A stretch of 64,000 nucleotides of DNA from the NCBI GenBank assembly GCA_902582755.1, contig CACHSZ010000002.1, positions 80,151 through 144,150 on the forward strand. Reading direction: 5' to 3'. This DNA comes from an uncultured Alphaproteobacteria bacterium. Its GTDB lineage: Bacteria; Pseudomonadota; Alphaproteobacteria; HIMB59; GCA-002718135. The notes beneath the pieces were generated by a model, which saw nothing but the letters and a program-made list of their open reading frames with translations, was not told where the DNA came from and did no database searches. Shown here piece by piece: positions 44,936 to 55,363 of the stretch; position 1 is the first letter of the stretch; each line of letters opens with the position of its first letter. The position numbers and the translations under genes are program-made.

Positions 44936-46135
44936 ATGGAAATAAAATTCTTTAATTCAAATTTTGACAAAATCACTCAAAATAAAGATACTGATCAAAG
45001 TATAACTAATTTAATAGAAAAACTTCCTTCTCTGAATATTGTTTCAGATAAAAATTTATTAGAAGAAACTATAAAAATTTCAAATCAATTTAAAGAGAAA
45101 AAGGAAAAAATAATTGTATTTGGTACAGGAGGTTCAAATTTAGGAGCTAGAGCATTAAATAATATTATTTCCAATAATAAAATTATCTTAGAATTTTATG
45201 ATAATGTTGACCCTATTAATTTTGAAAAAAATTTTCAAAATATTAATTTTGAGCTAACTGGGTTCTTGGTTATTTCAAAATCGGGTACTACACCAGAGAC
45301 ATTATCTCAATTTTCATGTCTCTATCAAAAGGCAATAGAAGCTAACAAAGTTGAAGATTTTTTTTCAAATACTCTAATCATAACTGAATTTAAAGAATCA
45401 CCACTTTTTAAAATTGCAAAAGATAATAATTGTTTACTATTAGAGCATCATAAAGATGTTGGGGGCAGATATTCTATATTTACCAATGTTGGTATAGTTC
45501 CTGCAATCATTTCTGGATTAAATATAGATGCACTTTTTGGTGGAGCATCTGAAGTAATTAATAATATTGATAATTATAAACCGTACGATCTTGGAAGATA
45601 TTTAACTCAAAAAGAAAATGTAAAATTTACTAATAATGTTTTAATGACATATTCTGATTCACTTTATTTTTTTGGAAAATGGTATCTGCAACTTTGGGCA
45701 GAAAGTATTGGAAAAAATAATAAAGGTATTACAGCAATTCATTCAGTAGGGACCACTGATCAGCATAGTCAATTACAACTCTATTTAGATGGACCTAAAG
45801 ATAAATACTTCACCTTTATAACTACAGATCATTCAAATAAAGGTATAAAAATTAATAATAGTATGTTTGAAGGTACTGCTATTGACTATTTTAAAGATAA
45901 AACAATGGGAGATTTAATGGAAGCTGAACAGCGTGCAACCATTGAAACTTTTAAATTAAATAATTTTAGTTTTAGAGAAATCTATATTCCCAAAATAGAT
46001 GAACAAAACTTAGGTAAATTATTATCGTTTAGTATAATAGAAACAATTGCTTCCTGTATGTATTTAGATGTTGATCCTTTTGATCAACCTGCTGTTGAAC
46101 AGGGTAAAAAACTAACTAAAACTTATTTAAGATAA
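44936..46135 (+). CDS. pgi: glucose-6-phosphate isomerase (short form)
   Basis: FGTGGSNLGARAL, ISKSGTTPET, and the PGI signature DVGGRYSIF. Confidence 0.85.
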   Translation: MEIKFFNSNFDKITQNKDTDQSITNLIEKLPSLNIVSDKNLLEETIKISNQFKEKKEKIIVFGTGGSNLGARALNNIISNNKIILEFYDNVDPINFEKNFQNINFELTGFLVISKSGTTPETLSQFSCLYQKAIEANKVEDFFSNTLIITEFKESPLFKIAKDNNCLLLEHHKDVGGRYSIFTNVGIVPAIISGLNIDALFGGASEVINNIDNYKPYDLGRYLTQKENVKFTNNVLMTYSDSLYFFGKWYLQLWAESIGKNNKGITAIHSVGTTDQHSQLQLYLDGPKDKYFTFITTDHSNKGIKINNSMFEGTAIDYFKDKTMGDLMEAEQRATIETFKLNNFSFREIYIPKIDEQNLGKLLSFSIIETIASCMYLDVDPFDQPAVEQGKKLTKTYLR

Positions 46136-46687
46136 TTTAAAAAAATAAATTATTGTTTTACCATAAGTTTTTTTTTGAAGCAGATTTAAATTTTCTGGCA
46201 CAATAATATTATCTTTCACACTAGTTTCCAAACCAATCAAAGTATTACCTTTAATTTTATTTGATAAACTTTCTAAAAGTTTTGTTAAATTATATTTTGC
46301 ATATGGTGGATCAATATAAATAACTGAAATATTTTGAAATTCTATTTCTAATTTAGAATTAATCAGGTCTTCATCATAAATTTTAAATTGATTATTTTTA
46401 CAAATACCTAAACAATTTTTTCTTAAAATATTAATAACCTCAATATTATTCTCAAAAAAAATTACCTCACTTATACCTCTAGAAATTGCTTCTAAACCCA
46501 TTGTGCCAATACCTGCGAAAAGATCTAAAAAAATTTTATTTTTATATAATTCAATAGAATTTTTGATTGCATAACTTTCAATAATTGAAAAAAAAGCCTC
46601 TCTTTTTAGAGAAGAAGTTGGTCTTACAAAATCATTAATGCTAGCTAATTTTTTTTGCTTAAACTTTCCTCCTGTAATCCGTATCAT
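46127..46687 (-). CDS. rsmD: 16S rRNA (guanine966-N2)-methyltransferase
   Basis: SAM motif DLFAGIGTMGLEAISRG and the DPPY box. Confidence 0.85.
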   Translation of the reverse strand: MIRITGGKFKQKKLASINDFVRPTSSLKREAFFSIIESYAIKNSIELYKNKIFLDLFAGIGTMGLEAISRGISEVIFFENNIEVINILRKNCLGICKNNQFKIYDEDLINSKLEIEFQNISVIYIDPPYAKYNLTKLLESLSNKIKGNTLIGLETSVKDNIIVPENLNLLQKKTYGKTIIYFFKLS

Positions 46688-47376
46688 TTTCTAATTGAAT
46701 TTAATTTTTGAAATTGTCCTTCTTTGAGTCTACCGAGCTTATAAGGGCCATATCCAATTCTTATTAATTTAACTATATTCCATGAAAAATAATTACAAAT
46801 ATTTCTAATTTCTCTATTTTTTCCTTCTTTAAGTTTAAAAATTAACCAACTATGATTTTTTAATTTTTTTTCAAAGGCAACTTTAATCTTTTTATAACTT
46901 ATTTCTTTAATTGTAATGCCTTTATTTATTTTTTGTAAATCAGTATTTTGTATATTGCTATTTATACAAACTTTATAAATCCGCTCAATGTTTGAAGATG
47001 GATGTTCTAAATATCTTGAATAATCACCATTATTAGTTAGTAAGATCAATCCTTCACTCATATAATCCAATCTTCCAACACTTATCAATTTGCCGATATT
47101 TTTTGGTAATAAATCAAATATTTTTTTTCTACCTAAGTTATCTTTTGTACTACAAATATATTTAATTGGTTTGTATAACTTCCACACTTCAACTTCATTT
47201 ATTTTTTTAACAATTTTATTATTAACTTTAATAACATCCAAATCACTCACTTTATGACTTGGATGAACACATAGTTGATTATTAATTTTAATTTTTTTTT
47301 CAACAATTAATTTTTCTGCATCTCTTCGTGAACAAATTCCAGCACTTGATAGATATTTTGAAATTCTAATATTCAC
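46684..47376 (-). CDS. pseudouridine synthase, RsuA/RluB family, with S4 domain
   Basis: N-terminal S4-like RISKYLSSAGICSRRDAEKLI and catalytic GRLDYMSEGLILLTNNG. Confidence 0.85.
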   Translation of the reverse strand: MNIRISKYLSSAGICSRRDAEKLIVEKKIKINNQLCVHPSHKVSDLDVIKVNNKIVKKINEVEVWKLYKPIKYICSTKDNLGRKKIFDLLPKNIGKLISVGRLDYMSEGLILLTNNGDYSRYLEHPSSNIERIYKVCINSNIQNTDLQKINKGITIKEISYKKIKVAFEKKLKNHSWLIFKLKEGKNREIRNICNYFSWNIVKLIRIGYGPYKLGRLKEGQFQKLNSIRK

Positions 47377-48071
47377 TTTGCTTCATTAATAAAATTTTTT
47401 ATTATTTTTATATCATATTTTGTAATTAAAAATTCAGGATGCCATTGTAAGCCAATGCACCATTTGTGTTTTTTGTGCTCTATTCCTTCAATAATACCAT
47501 CATTGGCTGTGCATGAAACATTCAAGTCTTTACCAATTTTTTTCACTGACTGATGATGTGCACTATTAACTTTAATTTTTTGACTTCCACATATTGTATG
47601 TAATTGAGTATTTTTTGAAATATTAACAATATGACTAGTTTGATTTCTTGGATTTACTTGTTCATGGTTTATCGGATCTCTATTTAAATCTTGTATTAAT
47701 GTTCCACCACATGCAACATTAATAAGTTGTGCACCACCACAAATTCCCAATATAGGTTTGTTATATTTAAAAAAATTATTGAAAATATTTATTTCAAAAT
47801 TTGTTCTCTTATTTTTAATATTTTTAGATTGAGTGTTACTTGCTTTATATAATTTTGGATTAATATCAAAATCTCCTCCAGTAATAATTAAACCATCAAT
47901 TAAATGACAAAAATCATCAATATATTTTTTTTCGTGCAACAGAGGAAACGGAATAGCATTAAATTTTGTTAAGGAAGTTAAGTAATTTTCCCTCAATGCA
48001 TACCATGGAAATTTTGAGTATGTTTTCTTTTTTTCACTATCAAGAGTTATTCCAATAATTGGTTTTTTCAT
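47373..48071 (-). CDS. class I glutamine amidotransferase-like peptidase C26 (gamma-glutamyl-GABA hydrolase type)
   Basis: Nucleophile elbow GICGGAQL, NSAHHQ, and LQWHPE. Confidence 0.8.
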   Translation of the reverse strand: MKKPIIGITLDSEKKKTYSKFPWYALRENYLTSLTKFNAIPFPLLHEKKYIDDFCHLIDGLIITGGDFDINPKLYKASNTQSKNIKNKRTNFEINIFNNFFKYNKPILGICGGAQLINVACGGTLIQDLNRDPINHEQVNPRNQTSHIVNISKNTQLHTICGSQKIKVNSAHHQSVKKIGKDLNVSCTANDGIIEGIEHKKHKWCIGLQWHPEFLITKYDIKIIKNFINEAK

Positions 48072-48111
48072 TATAATTCAATTATAATGTACAACATAAG
48101 TGTGTTCCAGA

Positions 48112-48567
48112 ATGAACGTTGATTTTTTTATGAAAGAAGCAATTATTGAAGCAGACAAAGCTTATAATTTAAATGAGGTTCCAGTTGGGGGAATACTTGT
48201 CGATAATACAACGAATAAGATTGTAACCAGAAGCTACAATACAGTAAATAAAGATAAAAATGCTATTAAACATTGTGAATTAAATCTAATTCAAGAAACT
48301 TGCGAAAGATTAAAGCTGAAATATTTAGAGGATATGACATTATTTGTTACCTTGGAACCATGCACTATGTGCGTTAGTGCAATAAGTGAGGTACATATTA
48401 AAGATGTATATTTTGGGGCTTATGATGAAAAAAATGGAGGAATTGAAAAACTTCGAGTTGCTTTTCAAAGACAAAATATATTTATGCCAAATATTTATGG
48501 TGGCATTATGGAAAAAGAATGTAGTTATTTATTAAAAAAATTTTTTAAAAATAAAAGTGATAGATAA
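48112..48567 (+). CDS. tadA: tRNA-specific adenosine deaminase
   Basis: HCELNLI (H[AC]E) and PCTMC (PCxxC) zinc motifs. Start uncertain (GTG 48100, ATG 48112 or ATG 48130). Confidence 0.85.
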   Translation: MNVDFFMKEAIIEADKAYNLNEVPVGGILVDNTTNKIVTRSYNTVNKDKNAIKHCELNLIQETCERLKLKYLEDMTLFVTLEPCTMCVSAISEVHIKDVYFGAYDEKNGGIEKLRVAFQRQNIFMPNIYGGIMEKECSYLLKKFFKNKSDR

Positions 48568-49888
48568 AATTAATATACCAGAATTTGAGGTTTCAGAATT
48601 TAACCAAGCTTTTAAAGAAGTAATTGAGTCCAATTTTAATTATGTAAGAATTAAAGGAGAAATTTCTGAAGTTAAAACTGCAACAAGAGGTCAAATCTAT
48701 TTAACACTTAAAGACGAGGATTCTATTTTAAGTGGAGTTATCTGGGATCAGAAAAAAAAATATTTAGATATAAATCCAGAAATAGGACTAGAAATAATAG
48801 CAACTGGCAGAATCACCACTTGGTCTCGCTATAAAACTACTTACCAAATAGATATTGATAAAATTGAAATTGCAGGAGAGGGGGCACTTTTAAAACTTAT
48901 TGAAGAAAGAAAAAAAAGACTTCAAAAAAAAGGCTATTTTGATGAGGATAAAAAAATCCCATTACCTTTTTTGCCTGAGAGATTAGGTATTATTACCTCT
49001 CCCACTGGCTCTGTAGTACATGACATAATTAATAGGGTGAATGATCGTTTTCCAATGCCATTAGATATATGGCCTGTTTCTGTTCAGGGTGTTGACGCAG
49101 CAGATAGCATTATAAATGCTATTGAAGGTTTCAATAAACTTAAATCTAGTAAACCAGATATTCTTATTGTTGCTAGAGGTGGAGGTAGTACTGAAGATTT
49201 AATGGCATTTAATGATGAAAATCTTGCAACAAGTGTTTTTGAATCAAAGATACCAATTATTTCAGCAATAGGTCATGAAACAGATACAACAATTATTGAT
49301 TTAGTATCAGATTTGAGAGCTTCTACACCAACTGCAGCAGCTGAAAAAGCTACCCCAGTTAGATTTGAATTAATAGAAAAAATTAAAAATTTACAACTTA
49401 GATTAAGCACAAAAGTAAATTCACAAATTCAATCCAAAAAAGAAAATTATGAATATTTAAATAAATTTCTCAAATCTCCAAGCTTGATAGTTAATAATTA
49501 TAAGGAAAAGCTTTTAGATGATTTTAAAAATTTAACATTATCAATTGAAAACAAATTTAGTATATCAAAATTGAATCTTGTTAACCTGGGAAAATCTATT
49601 ATTGCACCAGATTCATCAATAAATTTAAAACAAACAAAGATTAACAATCTTTCAAAAAATCTTAATTTGAATATAGCCAATAATTACAAAGATAAGCTTG
49701 AAAAATATAAGTCTAATATAAGATTGCTCAATTCAAATTCTATTTCTTCAAATCTTAAAAAAGGATACTCAATTTTGATGGATAAAAAGAAAATTGTTAA
49801 GACAAGTAAAAAAATTACTACTGACGATCAATTATCAGTGAAACTTATTGATGGTACAATTGATATAAAAGTAACAAAAATTAACTAA
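48557..49888 (+). CDS. xseA: exodeoxyribonuclease VII large subunit
   Basis: GTG start, N-terminal OB-fold region VRIKGEISEV, and ARGGGSTEDL. Confidence 0.88.
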   Translation: MIDKINIPEFEVSEFNQAFKEVIESNFNYVRIKGEISEVKTATRGQIYLTLKDEDSILSGVIWDQKKKYLDINPEIGLEIIATGRITTWSRYKTTYQIDIDKIEIAGEGALLKLIEERKKRLQKKGYFDEDKKIPLPFLPERLGIITSPTGSVVHDIINRVNDRFPMPLDIWPVSVQGVDAADSIINAIEGFNKLKSSKPDILIVARGGGSTEDLMAFNDENLATSVFESKIPIISAIGHETDTTIIDLVSDLRASTPTAAAEKATPVRFELIEKIKNLQLRLSTKVNSQIQSKKENYEYLNKFLKSPSLIVNNYKEKLLDDFKNLTLSIENKFSISKLNLVNLGKSIIAPDSSINLKQTKINNLSKNLNLNIANNYKDKLEKYKSNIRLLNSNSISSNLKKGYSILMDKKKIVKTSKKITTDDQLSVKLIDGTIDIKVTKIN

Positions 49889-50744
49889 ATCTTTTATGCT
49901 GCCAGAACCATTGACTGGGCTCTGCTTTAATCCACTGTTCAACCTTATTATGAATTTCTTCCATCATCTGAGTATCATTAATTCCTAAATTATTATGATA
50001 AATTGGTTCTAAAAACGTAAGCTCAATATTTCCATTATCAATTCTTTTATTTTGTATTGGAATTATTGGTAAGTTATATTTTCTAGCTATTTTTAAAAAA
50101 CCTGTTTGCGTTTTAACTTTTTTATTAAAAAACATTACTTCTTCTCCTGAGGAGTCTTTTTGATCTATTAATAATACAATTGATAAAGAATTATTAATTG
50201 CATCAACAACATCTTTGGCACTTTTCTTACCCTTGGGAGTGTAAAAGCTATTTTTAGAAACAAGTGAACTTTGTCTAATATTAAGTATTAGTTTATCAAT
50301 AAAATTATTGTTTATATGCCTATAAATACCACCAATATTAATTCCAATTCTATCTAAACCTGGAACTAATACTTCCCAATTAGATTGATGAATACTAATA
50401 AAAATTGCTTGTTTTCTATTTTTAATAAAATCTTCTATATTTTCTAGATTGATATATTTTATTTTATTTTTAATAAAAATATCATTTAATCTGAGAAGTT
50501 CACAAATTGTAATTCCAAGATTATTCCAACTTTTTTTAATAATTTTTTGTATTTCTTCATCTTTAAGATTTGGGAAAACATACTTACAATTATTTATAGC
50601 TGTTTTGTTGGCTCGTGAAAATTTACCAAAAGTGCTAAATAAAAATGATGAAACTTTCAAAGATAGATTGAGTGGTAAAATTTTATATAAAAAATAAATA
50701 AAAATAAATCCAATATACTGTAAAAAGTAAATTATTTGCTTCAT
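49881..50744 (-). CDS. lpxL: lipid A biosynthesis (lauroyl/late) acyltransferase
   Basis: N-terminal TM helix and the HX4E acyltransferase motif HQSNWE. Sits within the lipid A gene cluster. Confidence 0.8.
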   Translation of the reverse strand: MKQIIYFLQYIGFIFIYFLYKILPLNLSLKVSSFLFSTFGKFSRANKTAINNCKYVFPNLKDEEIQKIIKKSWNNLGITICELLRLNDIFIKNKIKYINLENIEDFIKNRKQAIFISIHQSNWEVLVPGLDRIGINIGGIYRHINNNFIDKLILNIRQSSLVSKNSFYTPKGKKSAKDVVDAINNSLSIVLLIDQKDSSGEEVMFFNKKVKTQTGFLKIARKYNLPIIPIQNKRIDNGNIELTFLEPIYHNNLGINDTQMMEEIHNKVEQWIKAEPSQWFWQHKRFS

Positions 50745-51739
50745 ATTGCTAAATCATTAATTTTATTTTCTAGTACATTGCTTAAAATTTCTTTTAGTAA
50801 ATTTTCATCTTCAAATTTGATTTCACCATTAAGAGTGCTGACTAAAGAACGATATGATTTTGGTATTCTTACAAAATCTTTTTTTGTAGTAACCAATACA
50901 GATTTAGTAAGATTAGCATTTTCTGCAAGATTTAACATGTCATTTTCATCAAATATATGATGATCTGGATAGCTAATTTTTTTTTCTAAAATAGCACCTT
51001 GTTCACTTAGTGAATTATAAAATTTTTCAGGATAAGCAATGCCTGCAAAAGCTGTCACTTTTTGATTTTTATAAATTTTATTATCTGTACTAATTTGAAA
51101 CTTTGCATGAATAACCGGAACAGTACTAGGAATTTTATCTTTAACATCTTGAGCAATTTCACCAATTACAATTACTAAATTTGCTCTAGAAATACCTCTT
51201 GATATGCTTTCCCTAAGAGGTCCAGATGGAATCACTCTTTTATTTCCAAATCCTTGTTCACCATTAATTACTATAATTGAAAAATCTTTCTGAAGAGTTG
51301 GATTTTGAAAGCCATCATCCATAATTATACAGTCAGCACCTTTTTCTTTAGCTAAAATAAAGGATTTATTTCTATCCTGTCCAATCCAAGTTGGAGCAAC
51401 TTCAGCTAGCAACAGGGATTCATCTCCAACACTTTTTGCCGAATGCCACTCTTTAACGAGAACATTAGATGTTTCAACTCCTCCATAACCCTTTGAAACA
51501 AAGTGAGGATTATATCCATTAAGTTTTAATAAATTTCCAATTTTTAACGCAACAGGTGTTTTACCAGCACCTCCCACCACTATATTGCCAATACAAATCA
51601 CAGGAATTCCAGAAGATATTTTTCTGCTTACAAAATTTCTTATTTTTGTTCCAAATCTAAATAGTAATGAGAGTGGGTATAAAGAATTAGATAAATATGT
51701 ATCATTTTTTTTATACCAAAATTTAGGAGCTTTAAGCAT
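50741..51739 (-). CDS. lpxK: tetraacyldisaccharide 4'-kinase
   Basis: P-loop GNIVVGGAGKTP. I prefer the start MLKAPKFWY (51739), one nt after the waaA stop; the track start is 51787. Confidence 0.85.
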   Translation of the reverse strand: MLKAPKFWYKKNDTYLSNSLYPLSLLFRFGTKIRNFVSRKISSGIPVICIGNIVVGGAGKTPVALKIGNLLKLNGYNPHFVSKGYGGVETSNVLVKEWHSAKSVGDESLLLAEVAPTWIGQDRNKSFILAKEKGADCIIMDDGFQNPTLQKDFSIIVINGEQGFGNKRVIPSGPLRESISRGISRANLVIVIGEIAQDVKDKIPSTVPVIHAKFQISTDNKIYKNQKVTAFAGIAYPEKFYNSLSEQGAILEKKISYPDHHIFDENDMLNLAENANLTKSVLVTTKKDFVRIPKSYRSLVSTLNGEIKFEDENLLKEILSNVLENKINDLAI

Positions 51740-51740
51740 T

Positions 51741-52961
51741 TTAATTAATGTATTTTTCGATGTCTTTGAAAAGCTTTTCTTTTTCAAAGAAAGATCTATT
51801 AGAAAACTTTAGTGCACTTGCTTGAATTTTTTTTATTTCCAAATTATTATTTAGTAGTTCTTTCATCTTTATATCAATATCTTCATACTTATTTACCATT
51901 ATACATGATTTCGCTTTTACCATATCTTCATAAATATTAGTCCAATTATCAACATAATTACCGCTAATAATAGCACATCCATAACTTGCAGGCTCTATAG
52001 GATTATGCCCGCCAATATTTTTTAAAAAAGAACCACCTAAAATAACTAAATTGCTAATTTTAAAATATTGATCTAATTTTCCAAAACTATCAATTATTAC
52101 GATATTATTTTCTTCAAATTCTTTTTTTGATTCTAAAGAAATATTAAATCCTTCTTTATTTAATTCTCGCTTAATTGTACTAATTCTTTCTGGATGCCTT
52201 GGTGCAAGATAAATTTTTAAATTAAATTCACGAATTGTTTTTTTAATACATTTAATTATCTCTTTTTCCTCATTAGAATGAGTACTTGCAATCATGATTG
52301 TATTTGATTGATCTTTATTTATTATAGAATTATTTTTATTATTAGCTAATTTTAAATTTCCAATATAGCCAATTTGTAAGTTTGTTAATTCTTGAATTCT
52401 TTTTTTGTCATTTATGCTTTGTGCGAAAATTTTATTAAAACTCATTAATGAATTTCTGTAGAAATTTTTTGTACTTTTCCATTTTTTAAAAGATGTTGGA
52501 GAAATCCTTGCATTTAAATATAAACAACTGATATTTTTAACTCTAATTTTATTAAGCATATTTGGCCAAATATCTGACTCTATCCATAGAATTAGATTTG
52601 GTTTCCAAAAGTTTAAAAATCTTGAACACCACAGAGATACATCAAATGGGATGTACTGATGGATAATTTTATTTTTATAAAACTCTTCAATATATTTTGC
52701 TGAAGATTTTGTTGTTGTAGTAACTAAAATATCAAATACTTTATGATATCGTTCTATAATTAAATCTGAAGATTTAAATTCGCCAATACTTGCAGCATGT
52801 ATCCATAAAGTTTTTTTCTTAGTATTTTTTTTTACCGTTGGTTTTCCAAACCTTTCAATAAATCTTAGCCTATCCTCTTTTTTTCTATAAATACGAATAA
52901 ATATATTAAAAATAATTAATGGTATGAGAAGAGTACTGAGTATTTGATATATTCTAAACAT
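51741..52961 (-). CDS. waaA: 3-deoxy-D-manno-octulosonic acid (Kdo) transferase
   Basis: 406 aa. N-terminal anchor helix, WIHAASIGE, and GGSF...GGHNPIEP motifs. Confidence 0.85.
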   Translation of the reverse strand: MFRIYQILSTLLIPLIIFNIFIRIYRKKEDRLRFIERFGKPTVKKNTKKKTLWIHAASIGEFKSSDLIIERYHKVFDILVTTTTKSSAKYIEEFYKNKIIHQYIPFDVSLWCSRFLNFWKPNLILWIESDIWPNMLNKIRVKNISCLYLNARISPTSFKKWKSTKNFYRNSLMSFNKIFAQSINDKKRIQELTNLQIGYIGNLKLANNKNNSIINKDQSNTIMIASTHSNEEKEIIKCIKKTIREFNLKIYLAPRHPERISTIKRELNKEGFNISLESKKEFEENNIVIIDSFGKLDQYFKISNLVILGGSFLKNIGGHNPIEPASYGCAIISGNYVDNWTNIYEDMVKAKSCIMVNKYEDIDIKMKELLNNNLEIKKIQASALKFSNRSFFEKEKLFKDIEKYIN

Positions 52962-53625
52962 TTAGATTTTTTTCTGCTGATTCTATGCAATCATTAATTT
53001 TTTCTTCCAAGAAATTTTTATATCTATCTAAATCATCATCTTTAGTAGAAGAAGGAATAATAATTGGCTCACCCCAAACAAATCTACATTTTGAAAATGG
53101 ATATGTTATTAAAAATGAGTCCCAAGATTTAAGTTTAAGATTTTTATTTGAGGCAAAACCAAGTGGTATTATTGGGACTTGAGAATGAATTGCAATTTTT
53201 ATAATTCCTTCTGAGACTTTTTTATTTGGTCCTCTTGGTCCATCAGGAGTAATACCAATATAATTTCTATCTTTTAAAATTTTAAATACTTTCCTTAATG
53301 AGGGTGATTTATTTTTTGACATTATAGAAACATTTTTTAAATTAAAATGACTTGCAATATATGCACCAAATCGACCATCACTATGGCTAGATGCTAACAT
53401 ATTTAACACAGCTTTACTTTTCCATACATGTCCTATCATCATCAATTGACCATGCCAAAATGCTAAAATAAATGGTTTATTCTCTCTCCACAATTTTTCT
53501 GGTAATTCAGAGTTTATAATCTGTATTTTAGAAGTGTAACATACGAATAAGATATATAGGTAAACTATAAATGCCAAAATTTTTTGAGATATAGAAAATT
53601 TAAAAATTTTTTTTTTAAAACTCAT
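52954..53625 (-). CDS. DUF374-type lysophospholipid acyltransferase-like protein
   Basis: Conserved position between msbA and waaA. Contains the FWHGQLMM and ITPDGPRGP motifs. Confidence 0.7.
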   Translation of the reverse strand: MSFKKKIFKFSISQKILAFIVYLYILFVCYTSKIQIINSELPEKLWRENKPFILAFWHGQLMMIGHVWKSKAVLNMLASSHSDGRFGAYIASHFNLKNVSIMSKNKSPSLRKVFKILKDRNYIGITPDGPRGPNKKVSEGIIKIAIHSQVPIIPLGFASNKNLKLKSWDSFLITYPFSKCRFVWGEPIIIPSSTKDDDLDRYKNFLEEKINDCIESAEKNLNV

Positions 53626-55363
53626 CTTCCAACTGTTCTCTTAGTTGTAATTTTTTATAAATTGTTGATTTTGAAATTAACTCTTCGTGCTTTCCCTGAC
53701 TTTCAATTTTGCCTTTATCTAAAACGTAGATAATGTCTGCATCTTCTATTGTACTTAATCTATGTGCAATTATTAATTTGGTTTTATTATTCATAAGACT
53801 ATTGATTGTTTCATGAATTTTATTTTCAGTTATGTTATCTAAAGAAGATGTAGCTTCATCCATAATTAAAAGTGGCGCATCTTTTATTAGAGCTCGGGCA
53901 ATAGCAATTCTTTGTCGTTGTCCACCTGATAATTTTATGCCGTTTTCTCCTATAACAGTATGTAGTTTTTGTTCTAATTCTTCTGAAAAACTATCCACTC
54001 CAGCATTTTTAGCAACTAAAATTATCTCTTCATCACTTGCTTTTAAGTTTCCATATTTAATATTATTAAATATACTCTCGTTGAATAAAATCGTTTCTTG
54101 CGTAACTATTGAAACACAATTTCTTACATCTGTTAGATCTAATTCTTTTATATCTTTAGAATTTATTAATATAGAGCCTGAATAATTGTCATATAATCGC
54201 AAAATTATATTAGCTATTGTCGATTTACCAGAACCAGATAAGCCAACTAATGCAACTTTTTTTCCTTTTGGTATCGTTAAATTTATTTTATCAAGCACTA
54301 AATTGTCATTATATGCAAACGAAACATTTTTAAAAACAATGTCTCCATTTAGGTCTATGGTTTTTTCTGTAGAAATATTTTCCATATTATTTTCACTTGT
54401 ATCTAAAAGTTTAAAAATTCTCTCAGCTCCAGCTAATCCTTCCTGGACACTAATATTTAAATTTCCAAGAGCTTTTACTGGTTGATAAGCCAGAAGAAGG
54501 CTTACTAAAAAACTCATAAATTGACCTGTTGTCATACTTTCATTTAAGACAAAAACTCCCCCAGCGTAAATTGAAAGTGCTACTGCTAAACTTCCAATAA
54601 ATTCCATTAAAGGACTTAAGCGATTGCTAATAAAAGCAGATTTTGTAAAATATTTTTCAATAAAACTTATTGTTTCAAAAGCTCTTTGTTTTTCATAGTT
54701 TTCTCGTGAGTATGCTTTTACTTGTCTAATACCCTTAATACTCTCTGCTAATACATTAGAAAAAACTGCTATTTCGTTTTGGATAGTGTAAGTAATTTTT
54801 CTTATACTCTTTCCAATTTTCCTTATGGGCCAGATTGCTAAAGGAAATGCAAAAAAAGCAAAAAGAGTTAGAGTCCAGCTTTGGTAAAACATATTACCTA
54901 GTAAAAAAATGATAACTAAGACATCTTTTATAATTCCTGTTACAGATTTAACTATTGCAAGTCTTAAGTAGTAAGTATCATTTATAAGTCTTGAAATTAA
55001 ATTACCTGATTTAGAGTCATTGTAAAATTTCATATTCAAATACATTAGTTTTTCAAACATCTGAGTTTGAAGTTTTGCAATAATTGAATGTGCAACTTTA
55101 CTCATTTGATACGAGTGAGTATATGTTGCCAATCCTTTACAGAGAGTCACTATAATAATTGCAATTGGAATTAAAAATAACATTTCTTTATTTCCTTTGA
55201 TTAAAACTTCATCAAGTGCAGGTCTTACTAACCAAGCATGCAAACCTGTTGCTGCTGCTGATATAACCATCATAAATAAAGCTAATATTATTTTGAGTTT
55301 ATGACTCATTAAATATTGAAAAACTATTCTTGAAGTAACTGACTGTTTTTTATCTGAAGACAT
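53615..55363 (-). CDS. msbA: lipid A export ABC transporter (fused permease/ATPase)
   Basis: Six-TM domain plus Walker A GLSGSGKST, signature LSGGQRQR and Walker B LLIMDEATS. Confidence 0.88.
   Translation of the reverse strand: MSSDKKQSVTSRIVFQYLMSHKLKIILALFMMVISAAATGLHAWLVRPALDEVLIKGNKEMLFLIPIAIIIVTLCKGLATYTHSYQMSKVAHSIIAKLQTQMFEKLMYLNMKFYNDSKSGNLISRLINDTYYLRLAIVKSVTGIIKDVLVIIFLLGNMFYQSWTLTLFAFFAFPLAIWPIRKIGKSIRKITYTIQNEIAVFSNVLAESIKGIRQVKAYSRENYEKQRAFETISFIEKYFTKSAFISNRLSPLMEFIGSLAVALSIYAGGVFVLNESMTTGQFMSFLVSLLLAYQPVKALGNLNISVQEGLAGAERIFKLLDTSENNMENISTEKTIDLNGDIVFKNVSFAYNDNLVLDKINLTIPKGKKVALVGLSGSGKSTIANIILRLYDNYSGSILINSKDIKELDLTDVRNCVSIVTQETILFNESIFNNIKYGNLKASDEEIILVAKNAGVDSFSEELEQKLHTVIGENGIKLSGGQRQRIAIARALIKDAPLLIMDEATSSLDNITENKIHETINSLMNNKTKLIIAHRLSTIEDADIIYVLDKGKIESQGKHEELISKSTIYKKLQLREQLEDEF

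Noticed and set aside
50449-51812. Plus-strand ORFs 50449-50697, 50736-50960 and 51585-51812.
   Set aside because: They are antisense to lpxL, lpxK and waaA, so they are shadow frames.
53832-54485. Two consecutive + strand ORFs (117 and 99 aa) from the track.
   Set aside because: They lie entirely antisense to msbA, whose Walker A, signature and Walker B motifs are unambiguous. They have a low-complexity, Ser/Phe/Ile-rich composition typical of shadow ORFs.
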